In this document: one piece after another, positions 17,756-27,655 of the stretch
How positions within the stretch are numbered: position 1 is the stretch's first letter
Layout: the number at the start of each line of letters is the position of its first letter
Source of the DNA: Solirubrobacteraceae bacterium
GTDB lineage: Bacteria; Actinomycetota; Thermoleophilia; Solirubrobacterales; Solirubrobacteraceae
Reading direction: 5' to 3'
DNA: 64,000 bases
NCBI GenBank assembly: GCA_036561505.1
Contig: DATBPE010000176.1
Location: 1,941 to 65,940 of the forward strand
Notes under the pieces: generated by a model
The model's database searches: none
Seen by the model: only the letters and a program-made list of their open reading frames with translations
What the model was told of the DNA's origin: nothing
Program-made: the position numbers and the translations under genes

Positions 17756-18607
17756 GTGTCCACAAGGGCCTCTGTGACAGTAACCCCAAGGCCATTGTGG
17801 CGCATCCGGCTGAGCCGCGTGTGGACACGCTACCTGCTGTATCTACTCGCCGCCTGGGGGCTTGCCGCGAGCGCCCGATTTGCGATCGCGCCGCCGACCC
17901 CGCCGACCCCGAAGATCCCGCACATCGAAACTCCCGACCGCGCCGCGGAAGGATTCGCCGCGCTTTTCACCCGCCACTATCTGAGCTGGAACTCGAGCTC
18001 ACCAGAAACCTACCGCAAGGAACTCGAACCGTTTCTGGGGGCGAGTTTCGTAGGTCAAGTGGCCACACAGCTGCCGACCAAGGGCGAGCAGCAGGTGCAG
18101 TGGACCGAAGTGGTGCAGTCGCGTGAAGTGAAGGCCGGCGAGCACGTCTACACCGTCGCCGCGCAAACCGACACCGCTGGGTTGCTGTACCTGACCGTCG
18201 ACGTGATGCGCCAGTCGGCGGGCAGCCTCGCGCTGGCGAGCTATCCCGCGTTCGTCGGCGCTCCGACCTCCACGACACTGGAGAACCTCACCGAACACCT
18301 CAAGGACGTCGAAGAACCGCGCCTATCCACGGTGGTGAACCGTGCGCTCAGTAACTACCTCAGCGGATCGGCATCCGATTTGGCGGCGGACCTCTCCAGC
18401 GAAGCCCAGGTTTCGCTACCCGGCATGTCACTGGCGCTGCAGTCCGTCTCCCAATTGAAGTGGCTCCCCGGCCACCAGTCGGTGTTCGCGGTGGCGCTCG
18501 CCAGAGACCAGCGCGGCGCCCAATACACCCTCACTTACGAGATGGACATCTCCTACCAGCAGGGCCGGTGGGAGATATCCGCGATCCAGATGAACCCCGA
18601 CACCTAA
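17756..18607 (+). CDS. Conjugal transfer protein, TcpC/VirB8-like
   Basis: N-terminal TM, AEGFAALFTRHYLSW, two NTF2-like halves ending in GRWEISAI; position upstream of TcpE/VirB4-like genes. Confidence 0.7.
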   Translation: MSTRASVTVTPRPLWRIRLSRVWTRYLLYLLAAWGLAASARFAIAPPTPPTPKIPHIETPDRAAEGFAALFTRHYLSWNSSSPETYRKELEPFLGASFVGQVATQLPTKGEQQVQWTEVVQSREVKAGEHVYTVAAQTDTAGLLYLTVDVMRQSAGSLALASYPAFVGAPTSTTLENLTEHLKDVEEPRLSTVVNRALSNYLSGSASDLAADLSSEAQVSLPGMSLALQSVSQLKWLPGHQSVFAVALARDQRGAQYTLTYEMDISYQQGRWEISAIQMNPDT

Positions 18608-18621
18608 CAAAGGAAATCGAG

Positions 18622-19026
18622 ATGAACCAGCCGCCGACACGCAAGCTCTATTTCAGACCTCGCCCGCAGCTCGCAAGGATCTGCGCCGGCATGTTCGTCG
18701 TGCTGGTGCTGGCGGGCGCCTGCCTTGCGCCCTCGAGCGCCCTCGCTGGCCCGAAGGTCGGATCCCCCAAAGGGACCCCCACGACAGAATCAAGCGGCGG
18801 GTTGGCGCTGGAAAGCGCTGCGGCCAAGGCCAGCACCACCGGACGCAGCGTGGCGATGAGCCTGATCGGCCTGGCGTTCGCGATCGCCGCGATCGTGCTG
18901 GCCTTCCGGCGCGACTTCAAGGAGGCCGGCGGTGTGCTGTTGATCGGGGTACTCGCGGTCTTCCTGGCCAACGGCACCGGAGTGAGCGTGCTCAAGGAAA
19001 CGGTCGAAAAGCTGTTCGGTCCGTGA
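18622..19026 (+). CDS. Small membrane protein, VirB2/TcpD pilin-like
   Basis: AAGGA RBS; signal-like segment ending ALA, then two hydrophobic helices separated by FRRDFKE; synteny. Confidence 0.55.
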   Translation: MNQPPTRKLYFRPRPQLARICAGMFVVLVLAGACLAPSSALAGPKVGSPKGTPTTESSGGLALESAAAKASTTGRSVAMSLIGLAFAIAAIVLAFRRDFKEAGGVLLIGVLAVFLANGTGVSVLKETVEKLFGP

Positions 19027-19057
19027 TCGTGGGCACGGCGAACATAGGGGTGTCTAG

Positions 19058-19783
19058 ATGAGCAGCCCTGACACGGTCGAGATCCGCTCCTATCGCCGGG
19101 TATTCGACCTCGAGCGGCGGATCTACCGCATCGATCGGATGCGCCTGAACCCGGGCGGCATCCCCGTCCGCGGGGTGCTCTATTTCATCCTGGTGCTACT
19201 GGCGCTGCTCGTGCTCGGGGTGATGCCCGTCACGCGGCTGGCCGTGCACCTGCTGCCCTGGTACATGCGTGACTTGGCGCTACCGGGAGGGCTGGCGGCG
19301 CTACTGACGATAATCCGCGTCGAGGGACGGCCGTTTCATCTCGCGGCCTTCTCGCTGGCGCGCTATCTGTCCGGGCCACGTCAGCTCTCGGGGCTGCGTC
19401 CCTGCCAACCGATTGGGACGCGCTGGGAACCACAGGAGCTCCTGTTTCTGCCCGACGGCTCCGATGCGCGTCTGCGGCGGCTGCGCTTCACCGGTCCCGG
19501 GGCCGCGCTCGTCACAGTCGCCCACGAGCGTGCGGTCTGGCCCGGGTCGGCTCTGCGCGGAATGCCGCGGTTGACGCTGCGTGCCTTGGCGGCGCCCAGG
19601 ACGCTCCCCAAAGGAAAGGTGATCGAGCTGCGCCGCGGGGTGTGCATGCACGTTCACCCAAGCGCCCCGCCCGCGCGCCGCGTACGGGTACCCGCCGGTG
19701 GCGCCCACGCGCGTGGGGTGAGCGGGCGCTCTGACCACACCCAGCGCCGGCCGGGCGGCAAACCGCGTTGGGGATACGGGTAG
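19058..19783 (+). CDS. TcpE-family (VirB3-like) conjugal transfer membrane protein
   Basis: IRSYRRVFDLERRIYRID N-terminal motif, two TMs, then EGRPFH; lies immediately before the VirB4-like ATPase. Confidence 0.75.
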   Translation: MSSPDTVEIRSYRRVFDLERRIYRIDRMRLNPGGIPVRGVLYFILVLLALLVLGVMPVTRLAVHLLPWYMRDLALPGGLAALLTIIRVEGRPFHLAAFSLARYLSGPRQLSGLRPCQPIGTRWEPQELLFLPDGSDARLRRLRFTGPGAALVTVAHERAVWPGSALRGMPRLTLRALAAPRTLPKGKVIELRRGVCMHVHPSAPPARRVRVPAGGAHARGVSGRSDHTQRRPGGKPRWGYG

Positions 19784-19788
19784 CGCGG

Positions 19789-22230
19789 ATGCAGTCACCG
19801 ATCAGCTTCGTGTACGGGAACTGCGTGTTCGCAAGCGGCCTGGACGACGGCTGGGCGGCGTTCGTCGCCCAGCCCGCCTCCTATGACGGGCTGCCCCTCA
19901 GCGAGAAGCGCTCACGCTTCCTGTCGCTGATGGGTGCGCTGGAGAGCGCCGAAGCGGACATACAGATCCTGCGCGTCAGTCGCCGCTGGCAGGTGGAGAG
20001 CTACCTGCGCGAGCTCGAGCGGGCCCCCGGCGCGCACGAGCAGTCGCTGCGCCGCTACACACGCGGGCACGCCGAACACATCGGGGAGTCCGGCGCCGCG
20101 CAGCCGCGCGTCTTCTTCCTGGTCAGCCTGCGTGACCCCGACCGCGACCTGGCCTCCTACGTGTCAAAGGCGCTGGAAAGCCACCCGCGTGACTGGCTGG
20201 GGTCGCTGCGACGCGGAATGCAACGCCACGACCGGCGCCTGTTGCCCGCACCCGAGCTCGAGCGTGCGCGCGTGCGCGCCGACCAGGCGCACGCTCGCCT
20301 GGCGGACTACCTGTCGGTCCGTCCGGCGCGCACAGTGGAGCTGCAGTGGCTGGTGCGCAGGGCGTTCTGCCGCGGCCTGGGGGAGCCCGAAGTGGAGGGA
20401 CTGCACGAACCCAGGGCGCTGGTGTTCGAGCGCAACGGCGAGGCTATCCTCGCGCCGCTGGAGGGCGACGTGATGCGCTGGATGGACGGCTATGTGGAGC
20501 ATCGCGGCAGAGCGCTGCGGATCGAATCAGAGCAAGGCACCAGCTGGCAGACGCAGCTGGTTCTCGGTGCGCTGCCGGAACGAGCGAGCTTCCCCGGAGC
20601 AAGGGTCGAGCTGATGTTCGCGCCCGTGGAAAGCCTGCCGTTCAGCGTCGACCTGTCGCTCAACGCTCGCTATCTGCCCAACCAGCTGGCGCTGCGGATC
20701 TCGCGGCGCAAGATCCAGGACGCCGACCAGATCCTCAAGGCCGAGTCCGACGGCGAGCAGGGCGTCTCAGATCAGGGATACGAGCGCACCCAGCAGGCGC
20801 GTGACTTGCTCACCTATCTGCAGTCCTCCAGCCGCCCGCCACTGTTGCGCGCGACGCTCCTGATCGGGATCGGCGCCCGCAGCGAGGATGAGCTGGAGGA
20901 GCGCGTGGAGATGACCAGGCGCGCCTACGGGGAGATCCGTCTGCACCGTCCGGTGGGCGATCAGCTGGAGCTCTTCTGCCAGCAACTACCCGGGCAGCGC
21001 ACCCGCGTCGCCGGCTACGACGACACCCTGACACCCGAGCAGGTCGCCGCGATGATGCCGACCGCGACCCACTCGGTGGGCTCCGAGCGCGGGTTCTACC
21101 TCGGACACACCCTTTCGGGCTCCTGCCAGCCGGTGCGCTTCAATCTGCGCGAGGGCTCCGAGAGCAACCGCAACACCGCGATCCTAAGCGTCGGGGCGCT
21201 CGGCTCGGGCAAGACCACACTCGACCAGAAGCTCAAGTACGAGGGCTTCTTGCTCGGCGCGCGGATCATCGACTGTGACCCCAAGGGCGACCACCGGTTT
21301 CACCTGCTGGAGGAGGTCGCCCCGCACACCGAGTGCATCACCCTGCGACCCGACCCGGCGCTGCGCGGCGTACTGGATCCGCTGCGGGTCGCCCCGGCGC
21401 ACCTGCGTCAGGACGCGGCGGTGTCCTTCCTGCGCGATCTGCTTCCCGGCCGCGCCGAGCCGGCGTGGGAGACGGCGGTCGTCAAGGCGGTGGACGTCGT
21501 CACCCGGCGCGCCAGCCAACCGACGTGCCTGGAGGTCGTGCACGCCCTGCGCGAAGGCGACGAGACCGACATGCAGGTCTCAAAGACCCTCGAGGTGTAC
21601 GCCCACGCCGGACTGACCCAGCTCGGATTCGCCGACGCGCAGGTACCGCCGCCGCCGGTCGGGCACCGCCAAGTCACATATCTGCCGATCCGGGATCTGC
21701 CGAGCCCCGAGCCGGGAACCCCACGCTCGGAGTACTCGCAGGCCGAGCGGGTCGGTGAGCAGATCGTGCGTCTGATCGCGATGTTCGCGATGCACCTGAT
21801 GAGCTCCGAGCGCGAGCGCCTGAAGCTGTTCTCCTTCGACGAGGGCTGGCGACTGCTCAAGGACCCGATCGGCCGCACGCTGTTGGCGTCCCTGCAGCGG
21901 ATGGGACGCTCCGAGCTGGCTGTCCCGATCATCTCCACCCAGCTGGTGACCGACGCGCTAGTGGGGGAGCGCGAATCGCTGGAGAACCTGCTCGGTGCGA
22001 CGTTCGTGTTCGGGATGCGCTCGGAAGCCGAAGCCGGGCGTGCACTGAGCCTGTTGGGACTGGACCCCGAAGACCACCGCATGCGCCAGCGGCTTTTGGA
22101 GTTCGAGTCCGGACGCTGTCTGTTCAGAGACCATCGCGGCCGCGTCGAGGCGATCCAGGTCGAGGTCGTGCTCCCCGAGCTGCTGCGTGCGTTCTCGACC
22201 ACGCCAGAGCCCGCGGGGCAAGGTGCATAA
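19789..22230 (+). CDS. VirB4-like ATPase (TcpF/ConE, AAA_10 type)
   Basis: Walker A GALGSGKT, DCDPKGD, Walker B FSFDEGW, RMGRS..., STQ and GRCLFRDHRGRV motifs; about 810 aa. Confidence 0.85.
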   Translation: MQSPISFVYGNCVFASGLDDGWAAFVAQPASYDGLPLSEKRSRFLSLMGALESAEADIQILRVSRRWQVESYLRELERAPGAHEQSLRRYTRGHAEHIGESGAAQPRVFFLVSLRDPDRDLASYVSKALESHPRDWLGSLRRGMQRHDRRLLPAPELERARVRADQAHARLADYLSVRPARTVELQWLVRRAFCRGLGEPEVEGLHEPRALVFERNGEAILAPLEGDVMRWMDGYVEHRGRALRIESEQGTSWQTQLVLGALPERASFPGARVELMFAPVESLPFSVDLSLNARYLPNQLALRISRRKIQDADQILKAESDGEQGVSDQGYERTQQARDLLTYLQSSSRPPLLRATLLIGIGARSEDELEERVEMTRRAYGEIRLHRPVGDQLELFCQQLPGQRTRVAGYDDTLTPEQVAAMMPTATHSVGSERGFYLGHTLSGSCQPVRFNLREGSESNRNTAILSVGALGSGKTTLDQKLKYEGFLLGARIIDCDPKGDHRFHLLEEVAPHTECITLRPDPALRGVLDPLRVAPAHLRQDAAVSFLRDLLPGRAEPAWETAVVKAVDVVTRRASQPTCLEVVHALREGDETDMQVSKTLEVYAHAGLTQLGFADAQVPPPPVGHRQVTYLPIRDLPSPEPGTPRSEYSQAERVGEQIVRLIAMFAMHLMSSERERLKLFSFDEGWRLLKDPIGRTLLASLQRMGRSELAVPIISTQLVTDALVGERESLENLLGATFVFGMRSEAEAGRALSLLGLDPEDHRMRQRLLEFESGRCLFRDHRGRVEAIQVEVVLPELLRAFSTTPEPAGQGA

Positions 22231-24877
22231 CCTCGCCAGCAACCGCTCGAGCAACCTGCTCCTCACGGCTCTGCGGCGGGGATCGCTGATCGCCGTAACG
22301 GTCGTGCTGTGGTGTGCAAACACCGCCGCCGCGAGGCCGATCGAAGAACACGCCCCGTCTCCGCCCACACACAAAGCCCCCGCCAAAACACCGGCGAAAA
22401 CACCCTCAAAACCAGCAGAACCGACGCCCAAACCGACCACCCCGCCGACGAGCAAAACAACCGAAGAATCCTCCTCCGCGTCGCCCCCCAGCCGTGGCGA
22501 ACCGCTCGGAAGTAACGGCGGCTCGAGCCCGCTGTGCAGCAACCCCGCGGTGCTCTCGCCGCCGGCGCAGCGCAACTGCGAAACCTCCAACTTCATCGGC
22601 GCTTCCGCACCGACCGGCAACTACGCCTTTGACGTAAACATCGACACCGGCATCGCCAACCTCAGCAACGACATCTCGGCGACGATCGAGAACTTCCTGC
22701 AGTTCGGCTGGATGGGCCTCGTTGCGCTCGTCCACGGCCTGATCGTGATGTACGAGTGGTGCTACTCGCTGAACCTGGTGAGCTCGCTGATGAGCGAAAT
22801 CACACGGGGCCTGCACAGCACGCAACTGACCTTCACCCAGCCGCTGATGATGGTGGCGCTGACGATCGCCTCGGTGCTGGCCGTCTACAACGGCCTGTTC
22901 CGTCGACGAGTCGCCGACACGGTCGGCCAGGTGATGATGATGCTCGCCATGATGATCGGCGGCCTGTGGGTGATCCTCAACCCCGCCGGCTCGATCGGGG
23001 CGGCCGGGCAGCTGGCCAACGAAGCGAGCCTCGGGACGCTGAGCGCGGTCACCACCGGCAGCCCCAACAACTCCTACCGCAACCTGTCCGAAGCGATGCG
23101 CAAGGTCTTCAACGGCGTCATCACCGTCCCCTGGTGCTACATGGAGTTCGGCGACGTCGCGTGGTGTCGCGACCCCGCCCAGATAGACGGCGAACTGCAA
23201 AAAGCGGGCCAGAAAATCGCCGAAACAGAGCAGAAAGAAAGCAAATGCTCCGGGCTGTGCGGCGCGGGCGCCTCTCCCCACGACCGCGGTCTGGCCACCA
23301 GCGCGTTTCTTTTGAAAAACGCAAGAACCAACGGCGAACTGTTCCTGGCGCTGCCCGCAAACGAAGTCGACCGCAACTCGGTGAAAACCGAAGGGTCGCT
23401 GCTGGCGGTGCTCTGCGGCTCAGAAGAAGCCGCCGACGAATGCAACACCTCCACGCAGACGGCGCCTCAGGCCGAATTCCGCACCGAGCGGGGAACGGGA
23501 TCGCGGGTCATCGGTCTGATCCTGATCTGGCTCGGCGCGCTCGGCATGCTGCTGCTGCTCGGGTTCTTGGTCTTCCGTCTACTGGAGGCGGCGATCGCCG
23601 CACTGTTGTACCTGCTGCTGGCACCAGCGGCGGTGCTCGCGCCCGCGCTCGGCGACGGCGGACGGGCGGCGTTTCGCGGCTGGGCCACGAGATTGCTCGG
23701 GGCGGTCATCTCCAAGCTGGTGTACTCGTTTCTTCTGGGTGTGGTGTTGATGATGATGAACCTGCTGCTCGGCCTGAAGGGCCTCGGCTGGTGGGCGCAA
23801 TGGCTTTTGATCTCCGCGCTGTGGTGGGTGGCGCTACACCACCGGCACAAGGTGCTCAGCTTCGCCCACGGCTCAAACGGTGATTTCGAGACGCGCAGCA
23901 TGCGCTGGTTCTACAGGGTCAGGATGGCCCAGGATCTCGGGCGGATCGCCGGGTGGGCCAGGCACAAGCTCTCGCCACCGCCACCGGCCACACCGCGAAG
24001 CCCCCGCACCCCTGGAGGGGGAGGCGGACGCAAAGGCCCACACAAACCGCCGGGCGGCTCCGGCGGCTCAGGCACAGGAGCCCCAGGTGGCGGCTCCGGC
24101 GGCGGCACAGGCAAAGGCACCGGAAAGAAAGGCGCGGGATCGAGCGGCTCGGCAAGAACGGAACCCAAGAGAGAACGCAAGAAGAGAGAAGGCTCGGAAA
24201 CCGGCGGAGGCAAAGCGTCCGAGAAAAAGGACGACGACGCGACCGGGCGCCCGCCGAACGGGGCCGAGGAACTCCCCGATCGCGAGTCGGCCACGGCAAA
24301 CGTCAAACCGCCCACCAGAGATAGTGAGAACTCGGAAGGCAAAGGCGAGGGCGCCGACAGACAAACCGCCTCGGCACTACCTGACCTAGGCGACCTCGAA
24401 GAGCGTTCCCGGGCAGCCGATAGAGCCGCCAAAGAAACCAAAGCCAGGAAACCCCGCAAGGGCTCGAGCACCACAGACAAAGCCACACGCACAGAAAAAC
24501 CCGAGCCGTCGCCGCCACCCACACCGGCCAGTCCCGCACGCCGCTCCGGCACACGTAAGCCACCAACCGCTGCCGGGTCGGCGGCGAACGTTGCACGCCC
24601 GGAGAGCCCGCCGAGCGCCGAGCGTGTCTCCGGCGAGGATCACAAGGCCCCGTCAACCCCGGCGCGGGCCACGCGAACACGCACACCATCCCCACAATCT
24701 CAGGAGCCGACGCTCGACCAGGCGGAACTATCACGCGCGCTTGCCAGATACCGGGCCGGAAGGGAAGCCGGCCACCGCAAGCCCCGCGGGTCAGGGGACC
24801 GAGCACAAAATCTGGCCAGACAATTCAAAGAAGGCAGCGGGCGTAGCGTGGGCAGACCCCCCGCAGGCAAAAAGTAG
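22223..24877 (+). CDS. VirB6/TcpH-like polytopic membrane protein with long low-complexity C-terminal tail
   Basis: Multiple TMs, PWCYMEFG motif, Cys-containing loop and Gly/Pro/Lys-rich tail; overlaps the ATPase stop. Confidence 0.7.
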   Translation: MHNLASNRSSNLLLTALRRGSLIAVTVVLWCANTAAARPIEEHAPSPPTHKAPAKTPAKTPSKPAEPTPKPTTPPTSKTTEESSSASPPSRGEPLGSNGGSSPLCSNPAVLSPPAQRNCETSNFIGASAPTGNYAFDVNIDTGIANLSNDISATIENFLQFGWMGLVALVHGLIVMYEWCYSLNLVSSLMSEITRGLHSTQLTFTQPLMMVALTIASVLAVYNGLFRRRVADTVGQVMMMLAMMIGGLWVILNPAGSIGAAGQLANEASLGTLSAVTTGSPNNSYRNLSEAMRKVFNGVITVPWCYMEFGDVAWCRDPAQIDGELQKAGQKIAETEQKESKCSGLCGAGASPHDRGLATSAFLLKNARTNGELFLALPANEVDRNSVKTEGSLLAVLCGSEEAADECNTSTQTAPQAEFRTERGTGSRVIGLILIWLGALGMLLLLGFLVFRLLEAAIAALLYLLLAPAAVLAPALGDGGRAAFRGWATRLLGAVISKLVYSFLLGVVLMMMNLLLGLKGLGWWAQWLLISALWWVALHHRHKVLSFAHGSNGDFETRSMRWFYRVRMAQDLGRIAGWARHKLSPPPPATPRSPRTPGGGGGRKGPHKPPGGSGGSGTGAPGGGSGGGTGKGTGKKGAGSSGSARTEPKRERKKREGSETGGGKASEKKDDDATGRPPNGAEELPDRESATANVKPPTRDSENSEGKGEGADRQTASALPDLGDLEERSRAADRAAKETKARKPRKGSSTTDKATRTEKPEPSPPPTPASPARRSGTRKPPTAAGSAANVARPESPPSAERVSGEDHKAPSTPARATRTRTPSPQSQEPTLDQAELSRALARYRAGREAGHRKPRGSGDRAQNLARQFKEGSGRSVGRPPAGKK

Positions 24878-24947
24878 CGTTGCCATCATCGCGGTCCACT
24901 CGAGCGAGTGGGGTTCGCTGAGGGCTTTCGGGTAATACAGTGCTCTG

Positions 24948-26192
24948 ATGGCCGAGGAGCGGATCGACTACTTGCTGATTGGCGGCGGGCTGGCCGGCGC
25001 GAGTGCCGCTAGCGCCCTGCGCGAGTACGGCGCCGACGGGCGGATTCTGCTCGTCGGCCGCGAGCCAGACCCGCCCTATGAACGCCCGCCCTGCTCCAAG
25101 GGCTACCTGCAGGGCTCAGAAACCCGCGAGCAGACGTTCGTAAAGCAGCCGCAGTGGTATGAGAACAACGAGGTCGAGCTGCTCACCCGCACGAGCGTCA
25201 CCGCCCTGGATCTGGGCGAACGTACCGCGACCCTCTCGGACAAGCGCGTGATCAACTTCTCCCAGGCGCTGATCGCGACCGGCGCGAACGTGCGCCGCCT
25301 GAACGTTCCGGGCTGCGAGCTGGAGGGGATCCACTATCTGCGGACCCTCGGCAACGCTGACGCCATCCGCGCCGGGGCGCAGAACGCCGAGCACATAGTG
25401 TTGATCGGCGGCTCATACATCGGCTGCGAGGTCGCCGCGTCGCTGAGCATGATGGGAAAGCGCTGCTCGATCGTGATGCAGGAGCAGATCACGCTCGAGC
25501 GCGGCTTCGGTCGGGACGCCGGGCGTTTCTTTCAAGACGTCCTTCGCGAACACGGCGTCAGCATCCACGGCGCCGATGAGCTCGAGCGCCTGGAGGGCGA
25601 CGGGCAGGTGGGCAGGGTGATCACCAAGGGCGGTCTCGAGCTCCCCGCCGACCTGGTGGTGATCGGCGCGGGTGTCGTACCGGATGTCCGCCTGGCTCAG
25701 AACGCCGGCATCGAGATCGGCCAGGGCGGCGGAGTGCGCTGCTCGGCGCTGCTGGAGAGCTCCGTCCCGGGGGTCTTCGCCGCCGGGGACATGTGCGAAT
25801 ACGACTCGACGATACACGGGCGTTCGTTGCGCGTGGAGCACTGGGACGTCGCCGTGAATCACGGCAAGACAGCCGCCCTGAACATGCTCGGCAAAGACAC
25901 ACCGCACGAGGTCGTGCCGTACTTCTTCTCCGATCTGGCCGACTGGGCCTCGCTCGAGTACGTCGGTCCCGCCCGCGACTGGGAGAAGGAGATCGTGCGC
26001 GGCTCAATCGAGGACGGCAAGTTCTCGGTCTGGTACGTAAAGGACGGGCGGCTCGCAGGCGCCCTATCAGTCGAGCGCTCGGAGGATCTCGAGCACGCCC
26101 GCCGGCTGATCACCGAGCACACCACTCTCGATGAGGTGCACCTGCGGACGCTCGCCGACGCTGAGGGCGACCTGGCGCAGATCGGCGGCTAG
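24948..26192 (+). CDS. FAD/NAD(P)-dependent oxidoreductase (ferredoxin reductase-like)
   Basis: GGGLAG, PYERPPCSKGYL, ATGA, IGGSYIGCE, FAAGD, RVEHW and VPYFFSD motifs. Confidence 0.92.
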   Translation: MAEERIDYLLIGGGLAGASAASALREYGADGRILLVGREPDPPYERPPCSKGYLQGSETREQTFVKQPQWYENNEVELLTRTSVTALDLGERTATLSDKRVINFSQALIATGANVRRLNVPGCELEGIHYLRTLGNADAIRAGAQNAEHIVLIGGSYIGCEVAASLSMMGKRCSIVMQEQITLERGFGRDAGRFFQDVLREHGVSIHGADELERLEGDGQVGRVITKGGLELPADLVVIGAGVVPDVRLAQNAGIEIGQGGGVRCSALLESSVPGVFAAGDMCEYDSTIHGRSLRVEHWDVAVNHGKTAALNMLGKDTPHEVVPYFFSDLADWASLEYVGPARDWEKEIVRGSIEDGKFSVWYVKDGRLAGALSVERSEDLEHARRLITEHTTLDEVHLRTLADAEGDLAQIGG

Positions 26193-26231
26193 CCCGCTGG
26201 CGCCGTCTGTAGCGGCGCTGTAGTATCCCGG

Positions 26232-26398
26232 CCGTCCATAGGTCGGTGGTCAAGGGAAGCCGGTGAAAGTCCGGCGCGGACCCGCCACTGTGACCGGGGA
26301 TGCCAACCGCGGCGCGAAAGCGCAGCCACTGATCGGCCGCTCGGCGGATCGGGAAGGCGCGGAGGGTGGGCCCGGGAGCCAGGAGACCTGCCTCCGAC
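26232..26398 (+). promoter_or_regulatory. Cobalamin (B12) riboswitch
   Basis: AAGGGAAgccGGTGaaagtCCggcgcggacCCGCCACTGTGA ... GCCACTG ... GGGAAGGC ... AGCCAGGAGACCTGCC B12-box, upstream of an ECF operon. Confidence 0.95.
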
Positions 26399-26434
26399 CC
26401 AAGCCCACAAGCCCTCGTGGAAAGGGGTTGGCTC

Positions 26435-27655
26435 ATGCTCAAATCTCCTCGTATCACCGTGGCTCTCTGTGCCACCACGCTAGTGCTCTCGCTCGGGTGC
26501 GCGAACTCGTTTGCCGCTGCGATTACGGTCAAAGTGCGCGTCGAGGGCTCCACCAACACGCTGTTCGAAGGCAACGTGACGACCCAACCAGAAAAGTTCG
26601 AAACCACATCGAGCGGAGGCGCTTTTCCCTGCAACTACAAGGAAAACGGCCCTAGTTCGAAAGAAAAGACGACCTTCGAAAATGGCGGCAACGAAAGCGC
26701 TACTCCCACTACCGCGCTGCACGCTGCCGCGCTTGCCGCTGGCCTGACGTTCAACGCGGAATGGTTTGGCTCCGGCAAAACCGCAACCGAAAACCCCGGC
26801 GACTTCTTCGTGACCCAGGTGGGCACGGACCTCAATCAGAGCGAAGAACCCTTCGACTCGTGGGGTTACGCGGTCAACGACACAACCGCGGTCGTCGGTG
26901 GTTGTCAGATCGCATTGGCTCCCGGCAACGAAGTGCTGTGGGCCTACAACTACTTCAACCTCAAGCACCTGCTGAGCATCGGCGGCCCTGCGATCGTGAC
27001 CGCGGGGGTGCCGTTCACCGTGCACGTGACCGACGGGCAGAACGGCGAACCCATCTCCGGTGCCGCGATCGGCGAGCTGCTCTCCGGGGTCACCGCACCG
27101 ATCCCCGCCAGCGCCACCACCGACATCAACGGCAACACCACGATCACCCTCGCGCGCAACGGGGCGGTCACACTGAAGGCGACCCGCGCTGACTCCGTGC
27201 GCTCCAACGGTCTGGCTGTGAACGTCGAGGAAAAGGCGTGTGCCTGCGCTGGACCTCCCTCCTCACAGCCCCCCCCGACGACCTCCAGCACCGATGTGGC
27301 GAAGGTCGGTGGGGTACATGGCGGGCACCGCTACACCCATCGTTCGGCCCCACGCGTGCTCAGCGGAACCGTCGCGATCCCGGCAGGCGGGACGCTGCGC
27401 GACGTGCGCATCAGCCTCACACGCCGCCGCCACGGCCGCTGCTTTGCCTTCAGCGGATCGCGAGGACGCTTCGTGCGCGACCACAAGTGCCGGCCTTCGT
27501 TCTTCAGCGTGGGAGGATCGGAGTCCTTCAGCTACCTGCTGCCGGCACGCCTGCCGGCCGGGCACTACACCTACGACATCGAGGCGATCGACAGTTCCGG
27601 AAAGCCCACCAAACTCGTCGGCGGCACCAGCCATGTCGTCTTCAGCGTCGGCTAG
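26435..27655 (+). CDS. Secreted protein with DUF4430-like (transcobalamin beta-domain-like) and Ig-like domains
   Basis: Signal peptide; VKVRVEG, FFVTQVG, SWGYAVN and EVLWAY motifs; first gene after the riboswitch. Confidence 0.65.
   Translation: MLKSPRITVALCATTLVLSLGCANSFAAAITVKVRVEGSTNTLFEGNVTTQPEKFETTSSGGAFPCNYKENGPSSKEKTTFENGGNESATPTTALHAAALAAGLTFNAEWFGSGKTATENPGDFFVTQVGTDLNQSEEPFDSWGYAVNDTTAVVGGCQIALAPGNEVLWAYNYFNLKHLLSIGGPAIVTAGVPFTVHVTDGQNGEPISGAAIGELLSGVTAPIPASATTDINGNTTITLARNGAVTLKATRADSVRSNGLAVNVEEKACACAGPPSSQPPPTTSSTDVAKVGGVHGGHRYTHRSAPRVLSGTVAIPAGGTLRDVRISLTRRRHGRCFAFSGSRGRFVRDHKCRPSFFSVGGSESFSYLLPARLPAGHYTYDIEAIDSSGKPTKLVGGTSHVVFSVG

Noticed and set aside
16185-24877. Annotating the conjugation-like genes as an ICE or mobile element
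   Set aside because: No integrase, relaxase, coupling protein, att repeats or tRNA target is visible.
23960-24877. A/C-rich low-complexity stretch as foreign DNA or a separate element
   Set aside because: It is the in-frame Gly/Lys/Pro-rich tail of the VirB6-like protein; such tails are common in this class.
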